Of a DNA stretch of 64,000 nt, positions 55,151-63,659 are shown piece by piece (positions within the stretch are counted from its first letter, which is position 1; the number at the start of each line of letters is the position of its first letter). The notes under the pieces were generated by a model. It had not been told where the DNA came from. It did not search any database and was given only the letters and a program-made list of their open reading frames with translations. The stretch is taken from the UHGV virus genome UHGV-1378817. The stretch is one strand, 5' to 3'. A program made the translations under genes and the position numbers. Source of the stretch: a virus.

Positions 55151-55303
55151 TGACATAATATAAAAGCAGGGCAACTATTAGAAGATCTATAGTTGCCTTG
55201 CTTGTTATGTCATGATTAACTAAATACAAGGCAACTATGATCTGATTAATAGTTTGCAGACAAACTATCACGGGGGTGATGGTTACTGCTTTTATATTAT
55301 GTC
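55151..55303. repeat. ~150-bp element bounded by perfect 18-bp inverted repeats, containing internal GGCAACTAT palindromes
   Basis: Left arm GACATAATATAAAAGCAG (55152-55169), right arm CTGCTTTTATATTATGTC (55286-55303); inside, GGCAACTAT-N10-ATAGTTGCC. Confidence 0.6.
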
Positions 55304-55946
55304 GCGACTCCGTCGCGCCATGCCATTCGTTTGCATAGTTGCCTTATTGTTACAGATAAAATAATTGTATTGTTAATTATTTCTTATCTTTCTATTAGTC
55401 ATCTAATGATTCCGGTTAGTATAGTAACGTACAGTAAACATTAGACGACTAAATATTTCTATGTTTATGATAACCTATCGTGACAATTCCGGACTGTTTA
55501 CGAAAAATGTTGACACCTGAGCTGATTTATGTTATGCAATTTAAACGAATAATTATTTTATGCAGGTATTGACTATTCCGTTATTCTATGGTTGGAATAA
55601 ATACTTAGCAAGCTATAGAATGGTGAGCGTACGTAAATTCTGAGATTTGTCGGCTATAGTTATACTCGATTTTTCACGTAGAACACGCTTTTTGGTTTGT
55701 GTAAGTGTATGACTTATAAAGATTTTTAGTTGTTGACAAGATATTGAAGATGTGCATCAGGTTAAATTTTGTGCAATAGCTGCATTACGTGCAATTTTGG
55801 AAGGAAAACTGGTAAAAATAGCACCGATACCACACAATGAAAGGTTATGCAATAGCTATTTTATATGTATATTTGTACAGTGTGCAGGATTGATGGCTCG
55901 TCAATTATTCCACTTGCCAGGTAGGGCCGTTTATGGTAGGGGAAGA

Positions 55947-55977
55947 GCAGACAAAAAGAAAGGGGCCTAAGCCCCTT
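55947..55977 (-). terminator. intrinsic terminator closing the minus-strand gene block
   Basis: AGGGGC-ctaa-GCCCCT hairpin followed on minus strand by TCTTTTTGT, about 20 nt after stop of 55996-56415. Confidence 0.6.
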
Positions 55978-55995
55978 GATAATTCAGTTAAAAAA

Positions 55996-56415
55996 TTATA
56001 ATGATTCGTATATTTCAAAAATCCGATTTGCCAGGTCGTTACGGTAGCGGAATTTTTCCTCACGTTTGATCATCAGATCTTTAAAGCCGTATTCTTTAAG
56101 CACTTCATTAACTTTATGGCGGCATACCTTCATATTATCTTGAGCGTCACCAATAAACTTGTTGCTGTGGTGCATTGCTTTAATTTCTTCTTCCAGGACC
56201 AGGGCAACTACCCGTACCGGATCAAGCTGGTAGGCGGTAACATCGATGCGGCATTGTAGACGGCTTTTAACGTCTGCCACCGGATATACTGCAACCTCTT
56301 CCCCGTCAACATTGACAATAATTAGTTTACCATCGATTTCGAATCCTTTCGCCGCCGGACCGTGACAAAAAGCGTTATCAAAGCTATATGCCGGATTATT
56401 AGATTTAATGTTCAT
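55996..56415 (-). CDS. hypothetical protein
   Basis: 139 aa ORF with own promoter and terminator. Confidence 0.45.
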   Translation of the reverse strand: MNIKSNNPAYSFDNAFCHGPAAKGFEIDGKLIIVNVDGEEVAVYPVADVKSRLQCRIDVTAYQLDPVRVVALVLEEEIKAMHHSNKFIGDAQDNMKVCRHKVNEVLKEYGFKDLMIKREEKFRYRNDLANRIFEIYESL

Positions 56416-56464
56416 GGTGTTTTTACCTCTTAGTTAATTTTCTTACAACTTCCCTTCAAAAAAG

Positions 56465-56493
56465 AATATAGCAAAACTGCCGATCCCTGTCAA
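56465..56493 (-). promoter_or_regulatory. sigma70-like promoter (minus strand)
   Basis: On minus strand TTGACA, 17-nt spacer, TATATT; upstream of 55996-56415. Confidence 0.55.
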
Positions 56494-56559
56494 CCAAGGA
56501 TGGCATAATTTTTATGTGATCAAGGGGCTTTATTGCCCCTGACCATGTAACTTGTTGTA

Positions 56560-56823
56560 TTATTTGTTATTCATCCAGTTTTCCCAAGCTGCCTGATAAT
56601 CTGCCTCACTGCGGCGGATCTCTTCTTGCTCTTCAAGCCGGATCTCTTCTTCTAGGTACCCCAAGATATCGGCTTTTTTGGTCTGGCGTAACATCCAATC
56701 ATCTTTTTTACGGGTAAAGATCTTATATGCTTTCTCGCAAACCTCTTTTTTGCTACCTTTTTGGACTTCAAGAACTTTGTAGGCCATGTACTGAACTAGT
56801 TTGAGCTGATCAAGACGTTTCAT
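56560..56823 (-). CDS. hypothetical protein
   Basis: 87 aa charged ORF. Confidence 0.4.
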   Translation of the reverse strand: MKRLDQLKLVQYMAYKVLEVQKGSKKEVCEKAYKIFTRKKDDWMLRQTKKADILGYLEEEIRLEEQEEIRRSEADYQAAWENWMNNK

Positions 56824-56886
56824 GATGTTTACCTCTTTATGGGGTTCTGGTTTGGTGTGGGCCTTTTGGCCCGTGTCATTATCTTA

Positions 56887-57159
56887 TTACTTACGGCGGC
56901 AAAATTCAAGTGTTTTTAATTGATAATCTTCCTCAGCTTGGAGTACAACCGCCTCGATCATTTCGTTGGCATTGGTGAAGCCATACCCTTGAGCGAACTC
57001 ATCCGCGCCACCTTCGTGATCATGTTCTGCGTTCATCGCTTCCACAAAATGGAATTCAAGATTATTGAGGTAAGGGCTTGATGTTCCGTCCTCTTTTTCG
57101 ATGAGATCCCAGATAGCATTAAAACGTGATTCGACTTCTTGATTAATCCAGCTTGACAT
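56887..57159 (-). CDS. hypothetical acidic protein
   Basis: 90 aa ORF. Confidence 0.4.
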   Translation of the reverse strand: MSSWINQEVESRFNAIWDLIEKEDGTSSPYLNNLEFHFVEAMNAEHDHEGGADEFAQGYGFTNANEMIEAVVLQAEEDYQLKTLEFCRRK

Positions 57160-57321
57160 AATGTTTTCCTCTCTTCTGGTTGTTGTGTGGGCACTTTTGC
57201 CCCTTCAAGATAAATGATACCCCCACCACCTGGCAGATGTCAACGGTTTTTATAGTTTTTTATATAACAGGCACCCCCGGTGATTGTCTCCCCCCGTCGC
57301 CAGGTGCCTGCCGTGAAACAA

Positions 57322-57356
57322 GTATAACAAAAAACAGGACCATTGCAAGCCCTGTT
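57322..57356 (-). terminator. intrinsic terminator
   Basis: AACAGGGC-ttgcaatgg-TCCTGTT hairpin followed on minus strand by TTTTTGTTAT, after stop of 57373-57564. Confidence 0.55.
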
Positions 57357-57372
57357 TTGTAGTTTATAAATA

Positions 57373-57564
57373 TTATATTTTTTCGCCTATGTAGTCCGGT
57401 CGGTTTTTCTCTGTCATGCGCTTTAGCAATTCTTGCATGTTGCTTATGGCTTGTAGTGTATCCCCTTCCAGGCTTGAATCGACATAATCAGGATCGTCTA
57501 TGACCTTTCTATGATTATGATAACGCAGTACCGCCAATACCTTTCTAACTTGTTCGATATTCAT
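57373..57564 (-). CDS. hypothetical protein
   Basis: 63 aa ORF. Confidence 0.4.
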   Translation of the reverse strand: MNIEQVRKVLAVLRYHNHRKVIDDPDYVDSSLEGDTLQAISNMQELLKRMTEKNRPDYIGEKI

Positions 57565-57713
57565 TTTTACCGCTCTTTAAAACAAGGTGCCAACCGTTTC
57601 CAATAGATCACTAACTATCAGGACAATACTGATCAGCACATATCTAACCATAAGGGGAAAGAGCGCCAGCGATCCCGCCACAATCCCCAAGGTGATGATT
57701 ATCTTTCTCATGG

Positions 57714-57998
57714 TTAACGGTTTACGTAAGTTTTCCCGTTCACGGTTATGGGCAGATCCTCCAGGTCTGGATCTTCCTTAAGGTCGCGAGCAAGCTCACC
57801 GCACCGGATACCCTCGAATCCGTAGTACTCTGTCGTGCCGTCCTTAAAAGTTTTAGCGGCAAGGCATAAGCGATAAGTAACCCCGATTCGATTGACGGCA
57901 TGAATATCCGTTAGATTAACCTCTTTTGCCAGCTCTTTAGCCATTACAGGCGCATTAAGTCCAACAACCAGGGCAACCACTGCGATCATCTTTTTCAT
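57714..57998 (-). CDS. secreted/periplasmic small protein
   Basis: 94 aa; signal-peptide-like N-terminus MKKMIAVVALVVGLNAPVMA. Confidence 0.45.
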   Translation of the reverse strand: MKKMIAVVALVVGLNAPVMAKELAKEVNLTDIHAVNRIGVTYRLCLAAKTFKDGTTEYYGFEGIRCGELARDLKEDPDLEDLPITVNGKTYVNR

Positions 57999-58089
57999 TG
58001 TGTCTATCCTCTTTCTGCTACGTTTAAGGCGGAGGTAACCGCCTGTTTATGCTTTGTTGGTTAATTTTCGGGTATCGGTATAAATTAAA

Positions 58090-58305
58090 CTATGCTGTAC
58101 GTTCAACTATAACAACGGTTTGGGGGATCTCACCTTCCACCACTAATAAGGCCTTTTTCTGCGTGATGGATATCTTTACCCGTTGCAGCGTGGCGGTGAA
58201 GTCTTTCATTTCGTCACGTGGTGTTTTAGTGCAATACCAGATCTCAGGCTTGCCGATCTGTAAGTTGCGTAAAAATTCCGTTTTGCCTGTTTTGTTAGTG
58301 ATCAT
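58090..58305 (-). CDS. hypothetical protein
   Basis: 71 aa ORF. Confidence 0.4.
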   Translation of the reverse strand: MITNKTGKTEFLRNLQIGKPEIWYCTKTPRDEMKDFTATLQRVKISITQKKALLVVEGEIPQTVVIVERTA

Positions 58306-58314
58306 TTGCCAACC

Positions 58315-58419
58315 TCACCCGATACCGTTGGAAGACAAGATCACATTAGCCATGGTTGCAATCAGGCCAATACCCAGGGCAATAACCAGGATCACCGCAT
58401 CAATTAATTTCTGTTTCAT
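58315..58419 (-). CDS. small membrane peptide (34 aa)
   Basis: MKQKLIDAVILVIALGIGLIATMANVILSSNGIG; below ORF-track cutoff. Confidence 0.3.
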   Translation of the reverse strand: MKQKLIDAVILVIALGIGLIATMANVILSSNGIG

Positions 58420-58496
58420 GGTGTTTATTCTCTTCTGTTAGTAACCTTATTCATGGGGCCGCTACTACAGCCCCAGGGTAAGGCGGCTATGTGCTT

Positions 58497-58742
58497 TTAG
58501 TGTTTCATTCCAACCATCGCGGCACGGATCGCCGTAGTGCTGTACTTGAAGCCGTCCGGGGTCTTATCTTGTCCGGTTAGCTCCAGAAAAAGCATCATAT
58601 CCCGCGCCGCATCATTACGATTAGCATTAGCGTTAATAAAGCCTTGGGCCAACCGGTACAATGACTCATCGTTATTAATCCAAAGGCTTACATTCCAATG
58701 AGTTTTGTTTTTGTAACCGTTATAACCTTTATTGCTTTTCAT
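58497..58742 (-). CDS. hypothetical protein
   Basis: Start set to ATG 58742 (MKSNKGYNGYKNKTHW...) with AGAGGT SD. Confidence 0.4.
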   Translation of the reverse strand: MKSNKGYNGYKNKTHWNVSLWINNDESLYRLAQGFINANANRNDAARDMMLFLELTGQDKTPDGFKYSTTAIRAAMVGMKH

Positions 58743-58833
58743 GGTGTTTACCTCTTCTTTGTTCCAGGTGGCGGACCATTCCACCGCCTTATGTATTATG
58801 CTTTGTTAGATGGTTGTTTGTTGTCAAACTATT

Positions 58834-59013
58834 TTAACGATAATCATCGTACGCTTTATTAACCTGGCGAATATAACATTCAAAAGCCAGATCAATAGAT
58901 TTATATTCACGGATATATTCACCATAGGAAACCACATACATTTCTATAGCTTCCTCATATGCGAGGAGAATAGAATCTAAGCCTACGATCTCAGTCTTTG
59001 CAATAATAGCCAT
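58834..59013 (-). CDS. hypothetical small protein (59 aa)
   Basis: MAIIAKTEIVGLDSILLAYEEAIEMYVVSYGEYIREYKSIDLAFECYIRQVNKAYDDYR; GAGGATAAAAATC-ATG; below ORF-track cutoff. Confidence 0.35.
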   Translation of the reverse strand: MAIIAKTEIVGLDSILLAYEEAIEMYVVSYGEYIREYKSIDLAFECYIRQVNKAYDDYR

Positions 59014-59088
59014 GATTTTTATCCTCTTTGTGGTTGGTGGGGCTTGTTGCCCCCTTTGATTTATATACTACAGTCTTATATGGTCATG

Positions 59089-59322
59089 TCAACTATTTTC
59101 AAAAAATTTTTCTGCTGTAATATTTTTCCCGGTAGGGTTCGCTACTTTCAAAATTTTATCATGCACTGGACGCCCAAAAGAATAAGCGCCGTACACAGTG
59201 CACCAATAATCGCCGTCAGGCTGTACTATTACCGCCGCATAGGGTACGCCTTTTTCGTTTTTGCTGACAAAATAGATCACGTTGCCATTAATAGCCTCGG
59301 CGCGTTTAATTTGTTCCATCAT
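59089..59322 (-). CDS. hypothetical protein
   Basis: 77 aa ORF. Confidence 0.4.
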   Translation of the reverse strand: MMEQIKRAEAINGNVIYFVSKNEKGVPYAAVIVQPDGDYWCTVYGAYSFGRPVHDKILKVANPTGKNITAEKFFENS

Positions 59323-59378
59323 GATGATTTGCCTCTCTTTATTTTCATAATTGGGGGGCCTTTTCGGCCCAGCCAGGT

Positions 59379-59663
59379 TTATTTATTGATAGCGTGCAGC
59401 GGGAAAGGTACGCCAGGTTGATAGATAACTTTTACAACCTCATCAGGACAAAAGAAGTTGCAGAACTCACCGCAATAGGCCTCATCCTCTTTCAACTCTT
59501 CATCAATATACTCAAAAAAGTAGTCGATGCTTGGATAATCTTGCCCTGGGTTATAGTCAACCATTGTCAGGACCAGTTCAAGATCGTTGCGTAGGATATG
59601 CATACCCGCTTTTAAGTATTTTGCTTCCATTTCTACTACATCGCCAGCGGTAACAATAGCCAT
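59379..59663 (-). CDS. hypothetical protein
   Basis: 94 aa ORF; promoter-like TTGCAT/GATAAT plus G-rich hairpin upstream. Confidence 0.4.
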   Translation of the reverse strand: MAIVTAGDVVEMEAKYLKAGMHILRNDLELVLTMVDYNPGQDYPSIDYFFEYIDEELKEDEAYCGEFCNFFCPDEVVKVIYQPGVPFPLHAINK

Positions 59664-59890
59664 GGTTTTAACTCCTATCTATCCGGTTAATGATTGGGGG
59701 CCGCCCCCCTGATGAGTCCTATTATCCATATTGTAGGGCTTGATGCAAGTACTTATTTAAAAAATTTTTTAAGCGCTCCGTATGCCGTTGTAACGCCAAA
59801 ATAATAAAGGCCATGCAACCGCATAGCCTTTATGTGATTATATCGCTGCAGGCCCTGCCAGGGGCCTTATTTTGCATCATTTTACCGGAA

Positions 59891-60199
59891 CTATACAGAG
59901 AAAACATCGTTCACAATAGCGATCACAATGCCGCCCACCTTGTCACGGTCAACAATGCACAAATCACCATAAATCATGTGGTAGTCTGGATGATCTTTCA
60001 CGGAATAGTCAATGAGTGTTTTCTTGTCGTCCAGCTTTGTAACTTCCATTCTCATAACGATATGAGAATCATCAAAGGCATTATTCCGAAAAGTCATAGC
60101 CTGACCACCAGGGCACCCAGTGATCTCAACTTCCACACCGTCTACGATCTGACCATCAAAGAAATAAAGATTATTAGCCGGGATAAACATGTTTATCAC
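59891..60199 (-). CDS. hypothetical protein
   Basis: 102 aa ORF with AAGGAG SD; preceded by conserved 40-bp intergenic element. Confidence 0.4.
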   Translation of the reverse strand: MINMFIPANNLYFFDGQIVDGVEVEITGCPGGQAMTFRNNAFDDSHIVMRMEVTKLDDKKTLIDYSVKDHPDYHMIYGDLCIVDRDKVGGIVIAIVNDVFSV

Positions 60200-60240
60200 T
60201 CCTTGTTAACTGCGTGTTATTTTACCACGATTAAAATTTA

Positions 60241-60280
60241 CTTTACCGATGGCCCTGAAGTCAAGGCCATCTAAAAATAA
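60241..60280. repeat. conserved intergenic element, copy 1 (hairpin GATGGCC...GGCCATC with TTGACT in loop)
   Basis: 37/40 identical to 63961-64000; perfect 7-bp stem GATGGCC/GGCCATC enclosing TTGACTTCAG on minus strand. Confidence 0.6.
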
Positions 60281-60282
60281 AT

Positions 60283-60483
60283 TTACAGGCCTACAATCTC
60301 TTTGATTCGTTTTACTGCTGCCTCAGCGCCTTGGGGGTAGAAATTATGGTAACCGATCACGCGAGTGATACTAATCGCCGTTTGATGATCTTCATAATCG
60401 CCCTTGAAGATTTCTTGACCGTCAATCAGCACGGCAATTTTTTCTTCTTTTTTGAAGTTAATAACGCGGATATTGTTGCTCAT
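60283..60483 (-). CDS. hypothetical protein
   Basis: 66 aa ORF. Confidence 0.4.
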   Translation of the reverse strand: MSNNIRVINFKKEEKIAVLIDGQEIFKGDYEDHQTAISITRVIGYHNFYPQGAEAAVKRIKEIVGL

Positions 60484-60621
60484 TTTGTTTCTCCTTTCTG
60501 GTTTTTGTGTTGGTGGGGATTAGCTCCCCGTTGATTGTCATTATCCACATTCTGGACCGGATTGCAACACCCCGGAAGAAAAATTTTTTAAAAAGATAGG
60601 CCCCATGATCGGGGGCTGTTC

Positions 60622-60741
60622 TTAGTTACTTACTGCGATAAAGTACATCCCTACGCCTAGCAATATTTCAAGGGCGATGATCTCAAGCCATACCATAACC
60701 CGGCGCGCCTTATCGGTGCGGGGCTTATCCTTGGTTGTCAT
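60622..60741 (-). CDS. small membrane peptide (39 aa)
   Basis: MTTKDKPRTDKARRVMVWLEIIALEILLGVGMYFIAVSN; strong SD AGGAGGAAAGGGGGAG; below ORF-track cutoff. Confidence 0.35.
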   Translation of the reverse strand: MTTKDKPRTDKARRVMVWLEIIALEILLGVGMYFIAVSN

Positions 60742-60910
60742 CGTCTCCCCCTTTCCTCCTGGTAGTAGTGACGCGATCTACAATGACCCCCAGGAGTCCT
60801 ATCACGACACACATCACGAGAAAAATTATCTCCGCTGTTGTTCGGTCCATTATTATAAAAGTCCTCAAGATCAGGCCTGAAAATAAAGCTTTCGTTATTG
60901 AATCCATCAC
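60725..60910 (-). CDS. small membrane protein
   Basis: 61 aa with hydrophobic core (IIFLVMCVVIGLLGVIV). Confidence 0.3.
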   Translation of the reverse strand: MMDSITKALFSGLILRTFIIMDRTTAEIIFLVMCVVIGLLGVIVDRVTTTRRKGGDDDNQG

Positions 60911-60960
60911 GCCAGGCGGCTGGCTTCAAATCTTCATTAAAGGGATTAATTAACGTGGTA

Positions 60961-61332
60961 TTATTTAAACGGCTGGCCCACATATTTTCTATTCCTCTCA
61001 AATAGGCGATCCGCCTCAGTTAAACATATCTCATGGGCTTGATCTCTGGTTTTAGCTTCATCAAAAACCTGTTGCGCCAGGCTGCAACGTAGGGAGACTG
61101 GAAGATCACTATAATAGGCGTTGACAAACGTTTGAGCGTCGTACAGGTCTGAAAATACTTTACCCTTTCTATTATCGCCTTTGTCAACAATTGCAAGGAT
61201 AACAAGTACAATAGTTGCAACCACCCCCAGGAAAATAGATATAATAAACCATAAAAAGGCGGATCTACCTATCTTGCCAGCGATCCAGGCGTTGAACAAG
61301 GCAACTACTACAGCCAAAATAATAAATTCCAT
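60961..61332 (-). CDS. membrane protein
   Basis: Start set to ATG 61332 (MEFIILAVVVALF...) with AAAGAGG SD; two hydrophobic segments. Confidence 0.4.
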   Translation of the reverse strand: MEFIILAVVVALFNAWIAGKIGRSAFLWFIISIFLGVVATIVLVILAIVDKGDNRKGKVFSDLYDAQTFVNAYYSDLPVSLRCSLAQQVFDEAKTRDQAHEICLTEADRLFERNRKYVGQPFK

Positions 61333-61396
61333 TCTATGTACCTCTTTTGTAGTTCTGTTTAACAATAAGGCGGCAAATATGCCGCCTGTTACCTGA

Positions 61397-61777
61397 TTAA
61401 AAATTATCGCCGTAAATCTTTCCGCTTTCTACCCATACCACCACGCGAGGCATACTATCCCACACGTCTTGTTTTAGATTGAGCGCGTGCAATTCTTCGG
61501 TGGTGCTCATACCGGGCACGGGCTGATTGTATACTGCAAAACGACCGCCTGCATAATCATAGGCCAGGGTTAAATCACACTGGATCATCTTTTTGATCAT
61601 GGCATTAAGCATGGCGTTAGCCGCATATTGATCACGTTTTAAAGGCAACTCTTTGATTAGTTTGCGATAGTTTTCGATATGGTCGCACACTGTTTCACGA
61701 GGAAGATCTTTCATATCTTCACGGAATGTAACCAGGTTAAACATAACGGTGTCAATAGCCTTGGTAGTGTTTTTCAT
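61397..61777 (-). CDS. hypothetical protein
   Basis: 126 aa ORF; promoter TTGCAA/TATATT and 5' hairpin upstream. Confidence 0.4.
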   Translation of the reverse strand: MKNTTKAIDTVMFNLVTFREDMKDLPRETVCDHIENYRKLIKELPLKRDQYAANAMLNAMIKKMIQCDLTLAYDYAGGRFAVYNQPVPGMSTTEELHALNLKQDVWDSMPRVVVWVESGKIYGDNF

Positions 61778-61867
61778 GATGTTATCCTCTTTGTTTTGTG
61801 TTGGGGCAAACGTCTTGCCCCCTTGAGTTTTAATATAGCAGGTTTTTAGGTTATTGCAACACTTTAT

Positions 61868-62491
61868 TTATGAAAAAGTCATCTCACCATATTCATCGAC
61901 ATCAAACCGCCAATCATTGGCCTCGATAAGGCCGATCAGGTTTTCTGCGGTGAACTGTTCTAGATAGGCCTCCTTCAGGTCTACGTAAACCTTGCGGGAT
62001 AGCTCCCGTACCGTCTCGGTGATCAGTTCTTCCAGGTCTTCCACTTTGTTTTCTTGTTTGGCGGTCAGATCTAGCCAAGTGGTATCAATGTACCCGCTTA
62101 CAGTGTTTTCATGGCTGTAATGGCTGTACTTGTCGCGTTCAACACTGGCTGATAACTCGCCATCGTGCATTGTGCCGAACAAGTGACGAATTGATCGGAA
62201 CTTGGTCAGGGCCTTTACTTTACGCAAAAATTTTTCTAAATCCACGTTTTCAGCACTGATTGACGCGCCGTCACCCTGGCACCAAAAGCCGGACCAATGT
62301 ACTTCGGTATCTTCAAGGCCGTACTCTGGAAAGATATATTCTTTGTAGTGTTCAATTACACTTTCTGCAAAAAAGTTATCCCCGCTGTGTTCTTCTCTTT
62401 CGCGGACCATTTCAATAGCTTTTTCTTTTTGTTCGTCGGTCAGCACGTCGAAAGATAAATTGTAACCTGTGGTAATGTTAACGGTGGTCAT
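61868..62491 (-). CDS. hypothetical protein (207 aa)
   Basis: Largest gene of the block; conserved-looking HWSGFWCQGDGASI motif; own promoter. Confidence 0.45.
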   Translation of the reverse strand: MTTVNITTGYNLSFDVLTDEQKEKAIEMVREREEHSGDNFFAESVIEHYKEYIFPEYGLEDTEVHWSGFWCQGDGASISAENVDLEKFLRKVKALTKFRSIRHLFGTMHDGELSASVERDKYSHYSHENTVSGYIDTTWLDLTAKQENKVEDLEELITETVRELSRKVYVDLKEAYLEQFTAENLIGLIEANDWRFDVDEYGEMTFS

Positions 62492-62548
62492 GATATTTTC
62501 TCCTATTTTCTTTGTTAGTGGCGGGAAAACTTCCCGCCTGTGTGCTTA

Positions 62549-62576
62549 AGTATACTTATTGAGATTTACTTGTCAA
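62549..62576 (-). promoter_or_regulatory. sigma70-like promoter (minus strand) with 5' leader hairpin
   Basis: On minus strand TTGACA, 16-nt spacer, TATACT, then GGCGGGAA-gttt-TCCCGCC hairpin before SD. Confidence 0.55.
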
Positions 62577-62826
62577 CACTATTTTTTAAATTATTGTGGC
62601 GTAAAATATTCAAGATCTCTTCAACGTCATCAACACGGCGGCAATTTTTAAACGCTACCAATTGCCCCAGGATTTTAATCACTGGACGGCCTTGCCAGTG
62701 CCCTTGGAGAAAGCGCGCTTTAACTTTATCGGTGGAACTATCACGCCACCAAATAGCCTTGTTGTTGCAGTAGTAAAAATTATTCAGGATAACATCAACT
62801 TTATCAAAATTTTTTAATTTACGCAT
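62566..62826 (-). CDS. hypothetical protein
   Basis: 86 aa basic ORF. Confidence 0.4.
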   Translation of the reverse strand: MRKLKNFDKVDVILNNFYYCNNKAIWWRDSSTDKVKARFLQGHWQGRPVIKILGQLVAFKNCRRVDDVEEILNILRHNNLKNSVDK

Positions 62827-62858
62827 GGCGTTTACTCCTTTCTCTCTTTGATGTGGTT

Positions 62859-62886
62859 AGTATAGCTAACCTGTTGACGATGTCAA
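62859..62886 (-). promoter_or_regulatory. sigma70-like promoter (minus strand)
   Basis: On minus strand TTGACA, 16-nt spacer, TATACT; upstream of 62566-62826. Confidence 0.55.
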
Positions 62887-63002
62887 TGATATTTTTAACG
62901 CCATGAAACGGCCCTGGGCGATGTTTTCAGGTTAAAGGGGGCGATTGCATAGGTGGGGCCTTTTTGGCGCTTACAGGGCCAACCAGGGGCGCTATTCGTA
63001 GG

Positions 63003-63036
63003 ATAGAAATAAAAAGCCCCGCACAATGGCGGGGCG
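63003..63036 (-). terminator. intrinsic terminator
   Basis: GCCCCGC-acaatg-GCGGGGC hairpin followed on minus strand by TTTTTATTTC, just after stop of 63044-63265. Confidence 0.65.
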
Positions 63037-63043
63037 TTGGTTG

Positions 63044-63265
63044 TTATTTGCCTTTGTGGCGGTATCGTTCCGCCTGTCGTTCACGTTCCAAAAGCAGGCC
63101 CGGTAATTTGCGATCATAATGATTCCGCCAGATCTTCCCAAATCTTTTTGGCTTATTCAGTTTATTGTTGCGCTGGCGGCGTTCCGGCAGCTCTTCGGAA
63201 GCATGAGATCGCTTTACAATCTTCTCAAAATTAATCTTCATATATTCCCCCCTTGCTAACTTCAA
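63044..63265 (-). CDS. hypothetical basic protein
   Basis: 73 aa, Arg/Lys-rich. Confidence 0.35.
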   Translation of the reverse strand: MKLARGEYMKINFEKIVKRSHASEELPERRQRNNKLNKPKRFGKIWRNHYDRKLPGLLLERERQAERYRHKGK

Positions 63266-63584
63266 TATTGGCCTGAATAGCCCGGATACGGCGCTTTATA
63301 ACTTCCTGATCTGTGTGATCGTATCCCCAAAAGTCTACGATTTTTGCGCCTCCAGCCTTTAGGCGGTATAGTGTTTCTTGCATCTTGTAAGCCGGGATCG
63401 GTCGCGGTGTTACCTGGTCGCCCTTCTCATTCTTGTACTTGATAATGTAGTCTTCATTGTCGTTGAATACCCAAAATGGGTATTCTGTGAGCGCGTTGCT
63501 CTCTTTTTCGTTTTTAGATTGGATCTTGTTTACAATTAAAGCCGTAGCAATAGCGCCAATAATAAAACTTGCCCCGCTGATCAT
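63231..63584 (-). CDS. membrane-anchored hypothetical protein
   Basis: Start set to ATG 63584 (MISGASFIIGAIATALIV...) with AAGGAG SD. Confidence 0.4.
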   Translation of the reverse strand: MISGASFIIGAIATALIVNKIQSKNEKESNALTEYPFWVFNDNEDYIIKYKNEKGDQVTPRPIPAYKMQETLYRLKAGGAKIVDFWGYDHTDQEVIKRRIRAIQANIEVSKGGIYED

Positions 63585-63659
63585 GTACTTTCTCCTTTCA
63601 TTGTGTTGATAAACTGTCTTTATAGATGGCCCTGCTACCAGGACCACCGAAAAAACAGC

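Noticed and set aside
54164-55174. Minus-strand ORFs (69, 63 and 80 aa) inside the 2.4-kb non-coding hub
   Set aside because: No SD, low-complexity or repeat-derived composition, and they overlap the repeat arrays; more likely chance frames in repeat DNA
59813-60274. 153-aa plus-strand ORF within the minus-strand early block
   Set aside because: Antisense to two supported minus-strand genes and their conserved intergenic element; no SD
60549-60557. Perfect DnaA-box-like 9-mer TTATCCACA
   Set aside because: Single isolated occurrence overlapping a predicted minus-strand promoter; no clustering with other DnaA boxes
60738-61001. 87-aa minus-strand ORF overlapping two neighbouring ORFs
   Set aside because: It overlaps 60725-60910 and 60961-61332 in other frames and has Arg/Pro-rich low-complexity composition; likely spurious
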